Positions 12,636 through 25,891 of a stretch of 64,000 nucleotides of DNA are shown piece after piece. Both the position numbers and the translations under genes were made by a program. Source of the DNA: Squalus acanthias. Its lineage: Eukaryota. The stretch is from contig CM059432.1 of assembly GCA_030390025.1 (NCBI GenBank), positions 100,690,001 to 100,754,000 of the forward strand. Reading direction: 5' to 3'. The notes below the pieces were generated by a model, which saw only the letters and a list, made by a program, of their open reading frames with translations, made no database searches and was not told the DNA's origin. Numbering within the stretch: position 1 is the first letter of the stretch; every line of letters begins with the position of its first letter.

Positions 12636-13527
12636 TTAATCTTCTAAATATGGTAGTAATAAAGCTGACAGAAATGGGAACCTGAAAAGTGTTGGTGAGG
12701 AACAAAACTCCTTGGAGGACAGCGTTAAATGTATCTAGACGCCTCTCTCCCTCGCTCAACCTGCGTATGCAGAATCTTTTGCCGACAGGAAAAAGCAGGA
12801 AGCGTGCACCTTTAAATAGCGCTCCCCCAGCTCCCAGCCGACTGCAAAACGTCCCCCTCTACCTGTCATTCCTAGTGGCAGGTGCTAAGGCAGGGGGCGA
12901 GAATCAATTTCCGGTCTGGGGCGCTACCGGGGCGTTGCTCGTTTCGATGGCGTCACGATCTTCGGGCGCAGGAGATTGTGGCAGTGGTGTTTAGCACCAC
13001 CGCAAACCGCCAGGTCAATTTCGCAGGTGGCGCTAAAATCACCGCATTTGGGTGGTAAGTCGTTAATGCCCCGTTAGCGCTAACTGGAGGCGCCAACCAA
13101 CCAAATTTTTCCCACGTTAATTTTAGTCAGTCCTCTCCTGCATGTGATCACTCGTGCTTAGGTATTTTTTGTGTGCAAGTCTTGAGGTAAATGTTGATAA
13201 TTTATTTGATCATTGAAGTCATAACACCGGAGCTTGATCGTGACCTCTTCTGATACACAGCCACTTTCCAGCACTAGTCATTACAATGCAATCCAAAATC
13301 ATAGCAAACCTTTCCCCTTCTTGGCCAGAGACAGAGACTATCTGTAGCTCTGCAACAGCCAAGATCAGGAACCGGACCCGGAACATTTCATTTCTATATG
13401 GCTATGTTCCTCATTGGGTGTTGCATTTACATCTGAGCCATCTTAGGAAGTCATGTGTCCAGTCTTATTGTACGGAGGTCAAGCTGTTTGACTGAAGGAA
13501 GAGGCTGAAGATCAAGTTTGTCTTCTT

Positions 13528-16055
13528 ACATAGGATTACATAGGATATACAGCACAGAAACAGGCCATTCGGCCCAACCAGTCCATGCCGGCATTTATGT
13601 TCCACTCGAGCCTCCTCCCGTCTTTCCTCATCTAAATCTATCAGCTTAATCCTCTATTCCCTTCTCCCTCAAATGCTGGTCTAGCCTCTCCTTAAATGCA
13701 TCCATACTATTTGCTTCAACCACTCCCTGTGGTAACGAGTTCCACATTCTCACCACTCTTTGGGTTCTGAGTTCCCTATTGGATTTCTTGGTAACTATCT
13801 TATATTGATGGCCTCTAGTTATGCTCTTTCACACAAGTGGAAACATTCTCTCTGTATCCAATCTTTCAAAACCTTTCATAATTTTAAAGACTTCTATTAG
13901 GTCACCCCTCAGCCTTCTTTTTTCAAGAGAAAAGAGACCCAGCCTGTTCATCCTTTCCTGATATGTATACCCTCGCATTTCTGGTATCATCCTTGTAAAT
14001 CTTCACTGCACCCTCTCCAGTGCCTCTATATCCTTTTTATAATATGGCGACCAGAACTGCACACAGTACTCTTAAGTGTGGTCTAACCAAGGTTCGATAC
14101 AGGTTTAGCATAACTTCCCTACTTTTCAATTCTATCCCTCTAGAAATAAACCTAGTGCTTGGTTTGCTTTTTTTTAATGGCCTTGCTAACCTGTGTCGCA
14201 ACTTTTAGTGATTTGTGTATTTGTACTCCTACATCCCTTTGTTCCTCTACCCCACCTAGACTCACACCCTCCAAGTGATAAGTGACCTCCCTATTCTTCC
14301 TACCAAAATGTAATACCTCACATTTATCTGTGCTGAACTTCATTTGCCAATTATTTGCCCATTCTGCAAGTTTATTAATGTCCTCCTGTAATTTGTTGCA
14401 GTCCTCCAATTTGGTATCATCCGCAAATTTAGAAATTGTGTTTTTGATTCCAAAGTCTAAATCGTTAATGCAAATTGTGAGCAGCAGTGGTCCCAGCACT
14501 GATCCTTGTGGAACTAGCCACCTTCTGCCAATGTGAATAGCTACCCTTTACTCCCACTCTCTGCTTTCTCTCTTACATAGGATATACGGCACAGAAACAG
14601 GACATTCGGCCCAACCAGTCCATGCCGGCGTTTATGCTCCACACGAGCCTTCTCCCGTCTTTCCTCATCTAAATCTATCAGCATAACCCTCTATTCTCTT
14701 TTCCCTCATATGCTTGTCGAGCATCCCCCTAAATACATCTATACTTTTCGCTTCAACTACTCCCTGTGGTAGCGAGTTCCACATTCTCACCACTCTTTGG
14801 GAAAGAAGTTTCTTCTGAATTCCCTATTGGATTCCAAATCTAAATCGTCTTGAAGCCAGCTAGCAATCCATTCTGCTACTTGTCCCCTGACTCCGCATTC
14901 TCTGACCTTATTCATTCGTCTATTATGGGGTACCTTCTCGAAGGACTTTTGAAAATCTAGATAAATTACATCTACTGCATTACCATTGTCTACTCTCTCT
15001 GTTACTTCTTCAAAAAATTCAATAAGGTTGGTCAAGCAATATTTTCCATTTTGAAATCCATGCTGACTATTCATTATTATACTTTTCATTTCTAGATGTT
15101 CTTCTATTCTCTCCTTTAGTAGGGATTCCATTATTTTTCCTACCACTGATGTTAAGCTGACTGGTCTAATATTCCCTGGACATGTTCTATCCCCCTTCCT
15201 AAATAGAGGTATTATACATTAGCTATCCGCCAGGCCTCTGGCACTACACCTTTTTCTAACGAATTATTAAATATGTGCAGTAATGCCTCTGCTACCTCTT
15301 CCCTAGATTCTTTTTAAATGGGTGGATGCAATCCATCCGGACCAGGGGTTTTATCCTCTTTGAGTTTGATTAGTTTATTTAATATATCCCACTTTTTTAA
15401 ATTTTAAATGCACTAATCTCATTACTCATCTCATCATCCAATGTCATGTCCACTTGTTCTATCTCCCTGGTAAATACCGAAGTGAAATAATGATTTAATA
15501 TTTCTGCCATCTCCCTATCGTTACCTGTGGTATTGTCCTGTCCATCCCTTAATGACCCTATTCCCATCCCTACCTTCCTTTTTTTATTGATTTGCCTGTA
15601 AAATATTTTACTACTTTGTTTTATGTTCCTTGATAATTTAATTTCATAGTTCCTCTTTGCCTTCCTAATTGTTTTTTTTGACTTCTCTCCTAATCCCTTC
15701 GTATTCTCTCTTATCATGCACTCCTCTGCTGCCTATATACTTAATGTATGCCTCTTTCCTTACCCTCAATTGTTCCCTTATGTCTTTATTCATCCATGGA
15801 GTCTCATTAGTGTTTAGTTTTTTCTTTTCTTTTAGTGGAATATATTTTTCCTGCACTCTGTTGAACATTGTTTGAAATGTCTCCCATTGTCGTTCTACAT
15901 CAATGTTTGCCAATATTGTTGCCCATTTTATCTTCCCAAGTTCTATTCTCAGCCCCTCAAAATCAGCTTTTCCCCAATCTATTAACCTAGTTTTTGTCAT
16001 ACTTATGTCCTTCTCTATTATCATCTTAAAGCGTATTATATTATGGTCACTATAG
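13528..16055 (-). mobile_element. CR1 LINE, decayed ORF2, containing a nested same-family 3' fragment
   Basis: ORF fragments SQHGFQNGKYCLTNLIEFFEEV..VDVIYLDFQK and LGPLLLTICINDL..SKFADDTKL; tail near 13528-13550; a second tail copy at 14575-14847. Confidence 0.9.
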
Positions 16056-16129
16056 TAAATGTGCTAAGGCAGTAGGTCGTTCATATGACTATTCAATCAT
16101 ATTTAAATCAGATGATTTTTTTCATTCAC

Positions 16130-17240
16130 AAAACTGAAGTCAATGGGAATCGGGGGGAAAACGCTCCACTGGCTGGAGGCATACCTAGCACAAAGGAAGA
16201 TGGTTGTGGTGGTTGAAGGTCAATCATCACAGCCCTAGGACATCACTGCAGGAGCTCCTCAAGGCAGCGTCCTAGGCCCAACCATCTTCAGCTGCTTCAT
16301 CAATGACCTTCCCTCCAACATAAGGTCAGAAATAGGGATGTTCGCTGATGACTGCACATTGTTCAGCGCCATTCACAACTCCACGGATAATGAAGCAGTC
16401 CATGCCCGCATGCAACTGGACCTGGACGACGTTCAGGCTTGGGCTGATAAGTGGCAGGTAACATTCGCGCCACAGAAGTGCCAGGCAATGACTATCTCCA
16501 ACAAGCAAGAGTCTAACCACCTCCATTTGACATTCAACGGCATTACCATCACCGAATCCCCCACCATCAACATCCTGGGGGTCACCATTGACCAGAAGCT
16601 TAACTGGACCAGCCACATAAATACTGTGGCAACAAGAGCAGGTCAGAGGCTAGGTATTCTGCGGCGAATGTCTCACCTCCTGACTCCCTAAAGCCTTTCC
16701 ACCATCTACAAAGCACAAGTAAGGAGTGTGATGGAATATTCTCCACTTGCCTGGATGAGTGCAGCTCCAACAACACTCAAGAAGCTTGACACCATCCAGG
16801 ACAAAGCAGCCTCTTGATTGGCACCCCATCCACCACCTTAAACATTCACTCCCTCCACCACCGGCGAACCGTGGCTGCAGGGTGTACCATCCACAAGATG
16901 CACTGCAGCAACTTGCCAAGGCTTCTTCGGCAGCACCTCCCAAACCCGCGACCTCTTCCACCTAGAAGGACAAGGGCAGCAGGCACATGGGAACACCACC
17001 ACCTCCAAGTTCCCTCCAAGTCACATACCATCCTGACTTAGAAGTATATCGCCAATCCTTCATCATCGCTGGGTCAAAATCCTGGAACTCCCTACCTAAC
17101 AGCACTGTGGGTGTACCTTCACCACACAGACTGCAGCGGTTCAAGAAGGCGGCTCACCACCACCTTCTCAAGGGCAATTGGGGATGGGCAATAAATGCTG
17201 GCCTTGCCAGCGACGCTCACATACCATAAACGAATAAAAC
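16130..17240 (+). mobile_element. 5'-truncated copy of the tRNA-headed APE-RT LINE family (CR1/Jockey group)
   Basis: QGSVLGPTIFSCFINDL, MFADDC, WADKWQVTF; 3' tail GGCAATAAATGCTGGCCTTGCCAGCG followed by an A-rich end. Confidence 0.9.
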
Positions 17241-17249
17241 ATTTTTTAA

Positions 17250-17582
17250 ACGTGCCGTCTTTCATACGAGATGTTAAATCGAGGCCCCGTCTGCCCTTTC
17301 AGGTGGACGTAAAAGATCCAATGGCACTGTTTCAAAGAAGAGCAGGGGTGTTCTCCCTGATGTCCTGGCCAATATTTATCGCCAACCAACATCACTTAAA
17401 AAACAGATTATCTGGTCATTATCACGCCGCTGTTTGTGGGACCCTGCTGTGCGCAAATTAGTTGCCGCATTTCCTATGTTACAACAGTGACTACACTTCA
17501 AAAGTACTTCATTGGCTGTAAACGCTTTAGGACGTCCTGAGGTCATGAAAGGCGCGATATAAATTTAAGTCTTTCTTTTCTT
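17250..17582 (+). mobile_element. Deu-domain SINE (SacSINE1-like), 5'-truncated
   Basis: CAGGTGGACGTAAAAGATCC..ATGGCAC...GAAGAGCAGGGG...CAGTGACTACACTTCAAAAGTAC...AAAGGCGC.ATATAAAT; L2-type tail. Confidence 0.8.
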
Positions 17583-17941
17583 CTCATTACATTCTTTAGT
17601 TAAATACCTGCAAATAGCAGTATGGTAAAGAGCAATTCATACAAGTGAGAAGCTGATGGAATTTTGGAGATGCCTGGATGCCATTATTACTGAAATGAAT
17701 ACAGTAATGTATTGTGTGTTTTTTTTATGATTACGCCCACAGCGTAATCATCATTGAGTGCAACTTTCATTAATTAATCACTCAATTATAGTTGCGCATG
17801 CTACCTCTGCTGTACCTCAGCTACAATACAACTTGCAAAAGTATTCATGGACAGTATGTGGAATTGACCAACTCCATCCCTCTCCCTGGTCACTGTCTGC
17901 GGCTGAACCATACCATTCGCAACCTTGCCGTCCGATTTAAC

Positions 17942-18972
17942 CAACAACAACTTGTATTTATATAGCGCCTTTAACGTAGTAAAACGTCCCAAGGTGCTGC
18001 ACAGGAGTATTATAAGACAAAAAATTTGACACCAAGTCACATAAGGATAAATTAGGGCAGGTGACCAAAAGCTTGATCAAAGAGGTAGGTTTTAAGTAGC
18101 GTCTTAAAGGAGGAAAGAGAGATAGCGAGGCGGAGAGGTTTAGGCAGGGAATTCCAGAGCTTAGGGCCGAGGCAACAGAAGGCACGGCCACCAAAGTTTG
18201 AGCGATTATAATCAGGGATGCTCAAGAGGGCAGAATTAGAGGAGCGCAGATATCAAGGGGGGTTGTGGGGCTGAAGGAGATTACAGAGATAGGGAGGATG
18301 AGAATTTTGAAATCGAGGCGCTGCTTAACCGGGAGCCAATGTAGGTCAGTGAGCACAGGGGAGCTGGGTGAATGGGATTTGGTGCGAGTTAGGACATGGG
18401 CAGCTGAGTTTTGGATGACCTCAAGTTTACGTAGGGTAGAATGTGGGAGGCCAGCCAGGAGTGCGTTGGAATAGTCAAGTCTAGAGGTAACAAAGGCATG
18501 GATGAGGGTTTCAGCAGCAGATGAGCTGAAGCAAGGGCGGAGACGGGCAATGTTACGGAGGTGGAAATAGACAGTCTTTGTTATGCTGCGGATATGTGGT
18601 CGGAAGCTCATTTCAGGGTCAAATATGACACCAAGTTTGCGAACAGTGTGGTTTAGCCTCAGACAGATGTTAATGAGAGGGATGGAGTCAGTGGCTAGGG
18701 AACGGAGTTCATGGCGGGGACCGAAAACATTGGCTTCAGTCTTCCCAATATTTAATTGGAGAATATTTCTGCTCATCCAGAACTGTATGTCGGACAAGCA
18801 GTCTGTCAATTTACAGACCGTGGAGGGGTCAAGAGAAGAGGTAGTGAGGTAGAGCTGGGTGTCGTCAGCGTACATGTGGAATCTGACGCTGTGTTTTCGG
18901 ATGATGTCGCCAAAGGGCATCATGTAGATGAAAAATAGGAGGGGGCCAAGGATAGATCCCTGGGGGAACCCT
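17942..18972 (-). mobile_element. L2 LINE, 5'-truncated (RT C-terminus plus 3' UTR)
   Basis: PQGSILGPLLF..FHMYADDTQLY..LIHAFVTSRLDYSN..LHWLPV; tail AAAGGCGCTATATAAATACAAGTTGTTGTTG. Confidence 0.92.
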
Positions 18973-20076
18973 GAGATGCCTTGGGACATTTTACTGTGTT
19001 AAAGGCGCTATATAAATGCAAGTTGTTGTTTTTGCTTTTATTCCAGCTGAACTTTGCACATGGAATGCCAATTTGCATAAATAGCCATTGTTTTAAAGGG
19101 GTAGTCTTTTTCTAATACAGCAGTGAATCCTATTGTATTTTAATCATGTACTATCTGAGGCTGAAGCAGAACAAATTCTTTGAAAGCCTAATCCCTGTTT
19201 CTGATCCACTGCCAGCAGTTCTACACAAGTCATATGCTAAGCTCTTGGAGCACACTTCGGCTCATCCAAACTGTCAAAGCCTGGGTGACACAATCAAAAT
19301 TCACCTGGAACTAACACAATGGGTAAACACAGTTGTAATCATTAGCAGCGCTGTCACTGCCTGGAATAAATCCCCAGGGCCATCCACAACGTCAACAACT
19401 CAGTAACATTTACTCACCAGAACAATGCATCAGATATGCTACATGTATGTCAATGTGTCATAATCAAAGAATAACTGCAATAAAAATACACTACAATCTA
19501 ATTTCCAATTGTTCTGGTCAGTGTTCTCCAATTGTGATTTCATACAAGTCATGGCTCTGAATTCAATTTCCACCTACAAGTCAGATGTAGTAATAGTGGC
19601 ATCCAGCACTTCCAAAAATCCAAAGGCACACCTTCTCATTTCTGTGAACTTCTTTTCATGCTGATGATGGGAAGTGTTTTACTAAACAGAGAGAACAGTA
19701 ATAGCAAAGACCCTGAGCACTGGAGGTCCTCCACTCCCACATGAGGAAATAATACACATGCAACAGTCCATTTTACTGTTAGTGTTTCATTCAGAAAAAA
19801 AAATGATGGACACCCCATTGTAAATTTCAATCCTCTGGATGCAAGTCAACCATCACAAACTCTATGACCTGACATCTATTGCTGTTTAACTGACCATACT
19901 GCAACAAACTTTATGTTATGGAGAATTAATAAATGGTTATTTCCTTTAGTAATAGAATAGTCTTGTGAAGTACAGCCCAGAATTCTAACATTCCTGAAAA
20001 CGGTTAAGCGCTTCCTGAATTGAACTGTTCAATAATCACGTGATTAAATAGCCAGATTATATAAAGCCTGGCAAAG

Positions 20077-20510
20077 TTAGCTGCTTGGTTCAGTTGGTAG
20101 CACTCTCACAATTAAGTCAGAAGATTGTGGGTTCAATCCCCACTCCAGGCCCAGGCTGTCACTTCAGTGGAATGATGAGGGAATGCTATATTGTCAGAGG
20201 TGCTACCTTTTAAATGAGACATTAAATCAAGGACCTGCCTTCCTATTACAGTGAATATGGAAGTTCTCATAGCACTTTTGGAAGAAGAGCAGTGAGTTCT
20301 CTTGAGTGTTCCAACCAACATTTCTCCCTCAGCAACGCCATCAAAAACAATTAACTGGTCATTTATCTCATTTGTTGTTTATGGCACCTTACAGATGCAC
20401 AAATTGGTGTTGTGTTTGTCTAAGTAGCAAGTAACTACATTTCAAAAGTAATTGATTGGCTGTGATGCACTTTGGATGTGAAACGTGCTGTAAAATGTAA
20501 ATTCTTTCTA
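20077..20510 (+). mobile_element. Deu-domain tRNA-SINE, old full-length copy
   Basis: A box TGGTTCAGTTGG and B box GGTTCAATCCC, followed by a diverged body like the one at 17250. Confidence 0.72.
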
Positions 20511-22127
20511 ACATATGAGCAGAGTGACAGGTGAGAGTTGCTGGTAGTTTTGTGACTAGAATTATTGTCAATTTGGCATGACAAGTTTTACTGTTAAGTC
20601 ACAAAACACAAAAACTATAGTCACTTTTCTTTAATGTCTTGCAGTGCGATGCATACCTGGCCTTTCCTTGACCAATCTCCTAAACAGAACCCTCAATATT
20701 ACAATGCATTTTAGTCAATGTCTTCCCAGCTGCTCACTCAGATAGAGTTGTTTCTATGGCTTTTTGATGAGACATGGTTCCTTCTGAGGGCAAAGGTTTT
20801 AAGATGCCTTTCATCTAAGAATTCTTCAACTTGAAAGGCAGGGCTGAAGCATTACATGTTACAACTAATGCTACTACAGGTTCCATGGATAGATATTGCA
20901 CTAGCTATGAGCTGTGGCATAAGATGCTGTGCTTTAACAAAGCTCTGTTTCTGCAGTGTCAAAAATCCATAGAGGTGATTCCAATTCTATCTGAGTGTGC
21001 AACTGAAAATAGCTTGGCTAAAATTCTCATATTATGGGTTATACTTAGGAGGCCTTCAAAAAGGAACTGCACTACAAGGCTTTAAAAATTAGCAAGAACT
21101 TACAAAAGCTATTAAACCTACAGTTAACAGATTTGACCGTCCGATAGCCCAAGGACTAAAACTTATTAGAAGAGAAGTCTGCATCTTAAACTATGTTGCT
21201 CAGGGTTGCTTTTAATTTTCACCATTTAATTCAGCATTATAGCCATAACTCACTATGTAATGGCTACTCATAGGGTAATTCTGTTCAATGATCATTATCT
21301 TATACAAGCTCAGATTACATTAAAGGGATAGCAAACTCATGAAATAATATTTAGAAAGCATTTATTTGTGTGGCGATATAAATTGCATTGAAACCTATTG
21401 TTATGTAATTTATTTGTTACATCATCTAAGGTGGACACACTGTAGGGTTTTCACTGGGCTGTCTAAAATTTTCTAAAATGTAAACCAGATAAACAAAAAT
21501 TATTTTTAAAAATATATAAAATTGCATTTTTTTCTTTTTACTTTTGGGCCTTATGATGTAGAGGACATTAATAATTTGTGTTATTATGGTTTTTAATAAA
21601 TTCTTATCAGCAGCAAAGCAAACCTCAGAACTGAAGCCATGATGCCAATCCCTGCCGTGCCCCCATCTGCTGTTGAGTTTGCCTACAGGAGGCAAGCCTG
21701 ACATTACCATGATGAAAGGGGTACACAGCTCGTCTGGGTCTTCTCACCCACAAACTCAACAAGATTTTTCAAAGACCCTTTAAAGAAGGCAGTACCCATT
21801 TAAGAATTCTTTCATTTTCAAGTAGTTTCAACACATTAAACAGATATATTGTATCACATAACCTGTTGACCGAAGCTAAACAAAGGGTCAAGATATGCTC
21901 TTTGAAAAAGATATGCTCTTTGAAAATGAATGAACAATTTTGCGCAACATATTGCAATTGCGCCCTTAATAATTTATTTACACCACTTTGGAATTAATGA
22001 ATAACTATAATGGTAGGAAATTTCAACTGTGCATAGAATTTATATTGTTTAAAATCTGGTTCTTGTACAAGAAAAAATATAATGAGCTCCCTTGACCATA
22101 CACAACAAAGGAGGTTGAAGCACTCAC

Positions 22128-22284
22128 CAGTGTAAACAAGCTGAAAACCTTCATCAGTTGCTTCAGAGTCCGTATTAAACTCCAACCACAGATGATTGGA
22201 TGTACTGCTCAAAGTCAATCCCATCATCCCAGTGCCAGAGAATGCCCCCAGAAGATGAGCAGAACTGTCTTTCCCATCATATAT
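22128..22284 (-). CDS. CSMD3: CSMD3 internal exon (C-terminal half of the CUB domain)
   Basis: tgttAG|ATA TAT GAT...TAC ACT G|GTgagt. 157 nt encoding IYDGKDSSAHLLGAFSGTGMMGLTLSSTSNHLWLEFNTDSEATDEGFQLVYT. Confidence 0.93.
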
Positions 22285-23859
22285 CTAACAAAGGAGGCAA
22301 ATTGACAGATCATTTCACTATCAGATAAAGAAACAGATGCAGAAATGTGAGCAACATAGAACTAATACAATGTAAGCATCATATAATTACTAGATCATGT
22401 TAACTTTCTGATACATGATAGTATCATGGCGCAGAGATAATAATTGGCCCCCTTAAGGATATAAACTTGTACTAAAACATGAAAATCCTTTCTGTGAACA
22501 AAACTCAAAGATGGAACTAAAAACACCTAGTTTGGAAAGGCTTGCCATTCCACAGGGCTGTCTGTGCTCATTCTCTTTCCATTGTGCTTTTGTGGCTGTA
22601 TCCAGCCTTTCAGAAATCTTTACAATGGCACTGAAAGGTCTCCGATGTAGAGGTAGATTGCAGAACAAAGGAATAATTAGATAATTTTAAAACTGCTGCA
22701 GCCCAGCAGCACACGTTCTGACCTTCCCCTTGTCATCCTTTCTTAGCCGTTTTCTCTTTGTACAAAAATGTTTTTTTTTCCACTTTTATTTATGACTACC
22801 AGTAGCTTAATGGGCTATCCTGGCTCTCTCTTTAAATAGTTTTATATATATATTTAAAAATGAACTGGAAATGGTGTAGGTTTTAAAAAAGTCTTAAACA
22901 GAATAAGAACCGATGGAAAATAACTAAAATGATGGTATTCATGCTACCTACCTATCTAATCCAACTTCCAAACCTTTGCAAAAAACAGAGTCAACACACA
23001 CAACAACCCTGAAAAATGTCAAAAGGCGACTGGATTCATCTTGAATATGAGACTATCGATTTAATGCCAATTTATGGCTGCATTTGCAATATGAATTCAT
23101 CCCAAATTCTGATATCTATCTGTCATCATAAAAGTGCAAAACTCTTCACCCAAAATGACTTCTTCCCCTTCCTTGGTGCTGCAGTTCCGTCCAACTTGAT
23201 AGAATAGAACTACGTAATTTACTTTTCCATAAATCTGGGATTTGCACACGTACAATAGAAAAGCTTGAAATGCCCAACAATCTTGGACTGATTAACATAT
23301 TTTTTGTTTAAAGTTTAATTTTACTGTTCAGATTAGTGGATCAGTTAGTACAAGGAAAGGAAAACAGATGGGATCTGGCTACTGGTGGGGAGAAGCATTT
23401 GTAAAAATAAAAACAGAAAATGTTGTAAAGGCACATGGTATGATTTGAGTACCACCCAACACTTTGATTTTCTGCTCATAGCAAAAGGCAATTTGCATAA
23501 GCGATCAAGTCCCTTATAAACCAAAACCCATGCTATTTTTGTGCCCTGAGTATAACATGACAGATAGATGAACAATCACCCCTTAATTACAGCATAACAC
23601 ACTGGAGATTACATAGAATGCCCAATGCATTTTCCTGTCTACTCTCAAGAGTGGTAAATAACCATAAATAACCATAATCATTATGTTCAGGCTATAAATA
23701 ATAGATTTATTTAAAAGTAAGCTATTTTACAAAAACACTAAGAGACTGACAGGACCAGCATTTGGAAAACAATAAAGCTGGAACAGTTTGGTAGGTGTTA
23801 CTATACCTTCTTTAAAACATATCTCTCACAGAATCTGCAAGACTTCTGGAGAAAACAGT

Positions 23860-24945
23860 GGCCGAGAATTTGGATCACGTGCGAATTTGGGTGCGGTCCC
23901 AGTGTAGTGCACGCGTCTAATGAGGTCGTTAGAAGGACCATGGGAAATTTGTCCACCGGCCTCACTCATTTATTAGTGGCGAACTGCAGGCACCTGTCAT
24001 GATCCCAGAGGTAGATTGAAGATTGGCTGGCGTCTGTGGTGCGCAGAGGGGGGCAGAGAGCATGACTGGCAATGGCCCGTGAATTTAATGTGGGGCCGGG
24101 TGGGCCATTACTGCTCCTCCTGGCTCCACAATAAGTTAAGAAAAAAAATTACAACTTATCGTTCGGGAGACAGCCTCCAGCAGTCCATTGAAGGACTGCT
24201 GGTTTGGCTGCCAAGCACCTAAGAATACTGACCACAGCATTCACGCCACAAGCTGCAGTGAGTCACTACAGAATTTTGTAAAGGGGGCCTCAACGGTGGT
24301 AGACCCACTATTTGCAAAGGCATTGGGGAGAAATTGGACAAAAGCACAAAATGGGGGAAAAAGGCACCATTTTCCCGGTGCTGTCTCTCGTGACCCATGG
24401 GCGCCTGAAATACATCTGATGCCCTATTCGGTCAGACAATACTTCAGGCTTCCTGGCGGCTGCCTAAAACAGAAATTAGGGTCCTTGTATGTGCTAATGA
24501 GAGGTCTTACGTCTGTTTCAGGACCTCTCTCGGATGTTCATTAGGACTGAGCGGGCAGGCTCCACACAGGTTTTTGGGTTCTTCAGCAGCCTAACCAGCA
24601 GTCCTTAAAAGTACTACTGGAGGCTGCTAACAAAATAGTAAGTATTTTCTTTTAACTTTGCCTAAACATGGAGCTGGGGGAAGGAGGAGCGCTCATCCTG
24701 GCTCCACATCACTACTTCGGGCTGCTTCTGGCCTCCCACCCTTTCTGTTGCGCCCCGCCCTCCCCCACAGGACCGTTGTCAACAAGCCTCTAGATGCCTG
24801 ATTAGCATCCACAGCTCCCTGAAATTATGCTGGTGAGCTCTGAGGCCCAGTTTCGGTCGAGCCTCAGGCCTCTGGGTTCTGGTGCTCACTCCCAGAGCAT
24901 CGACCATTCTTCATCTGAAAACGGGCTGAAACGAATCTTTAGCCC
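23860..24945. mobile_element. Composite of Harbinger-type MITE(s)
   Basis: TIR-like ends GGCCGAGAATTT (23860), GGGGAGAAATTG (24325) and GAATCTTTAGCCC (24945). The internal CTGCTCCTCCTGGC motif is shared with other MITEs. Confidence 0.5.
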
Positions 24946-25891
24946 AAATTTTGTACATCAATCAGGTGATAAAGCTACTCATTGCACAATGCCCAGCTAT
25001 TAGACTGAATTGAAACTGAACTAAATGTGAGCAAGTATGGCAGCTTTTTATGCCAAAAGAAGTCCTTATGTCACAGGTCAGTGAACTCATTTTAGTATCC
25101 AAATTAAGAAATTAAGAAACTGGATTAATTTCGATCCAATATGCACCAAAAAGACATGAGCCTTGCAATTAGGGTTGGACATATTCCTGGAGTTTCAATC
25201 ACAAGACCTCCGGCCTCCAACAGCCCTGCAGTCAAACGACCTTTCTTCCCATTTCCAATATTTCTATAACTAATAAACAAAAGTGTTCAAAGAATATGAA
25301 GAAAAACTTTTTTTTAAAGGCCCCTATGAATTTTCAACCGGGTTGCTTGCAGCAGTGTCCAGAAGATTAATTTTCAATTCCTGGAAACTCCAGGGTAAAC
25401 TTGGAGGGTTGGCAACCGTAATTGCAAACACTGCGAGGTAACACATTGACTGAAATTCCTCCCAGCACTTTGTAAAATAAATGGGTTAGTGCCGCTGCTA
25501 AAAAAAACGGAGAGAGGAATTTCAGGCAAACACATTAGCAGTCATCTGCCAATATTCCAGAGCATAATTTGAGGCCATTGTCGAAACGACTGTAAAAAAA
25601 AGTCATTTATTTTCGTAAACAGACTCAACTAATTCAGAAATGGAACAACTTCCCAGTTTTGCACATGAAAGTAAATCCCCAAATGAAGCATCATACAACA
25701 AATAATAAAAAATAAACTCAATATTGGTTTTCATTGATTTAAAGTTATTGCTTAGTGGTCACTCAAAATTAGTTTTCTGCTGTTTTCACAGCACTGTTTC
25801 TGTTGCCTTCTCAGATCTGTAACATCATAAAGCAAATAAGTATTTTTCACTGAAACTTTCTTCAGTCTATTTTGAAGGTGCTGACTTATGC

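Larger units (their letters stand above)
9379..13115. mobile_element. PIF/Harbinger DNA transposon, near full length and decayed, with convergent Myb/SANT and transposase genes
   Basis: Ends GGGGGGAAAATT (9379) and AATTTTTCCCAC (13115) enclose a plus-strand Myb-like gene and a minus-strand HARBI1-like transposase. Confidence 0.88.

Noticed and set aside
21890..21925. 18-bp tandem duplication AAGATATGCTCTTTGAAA x2
   Set aside because: A simple local duplication with no sign of function.
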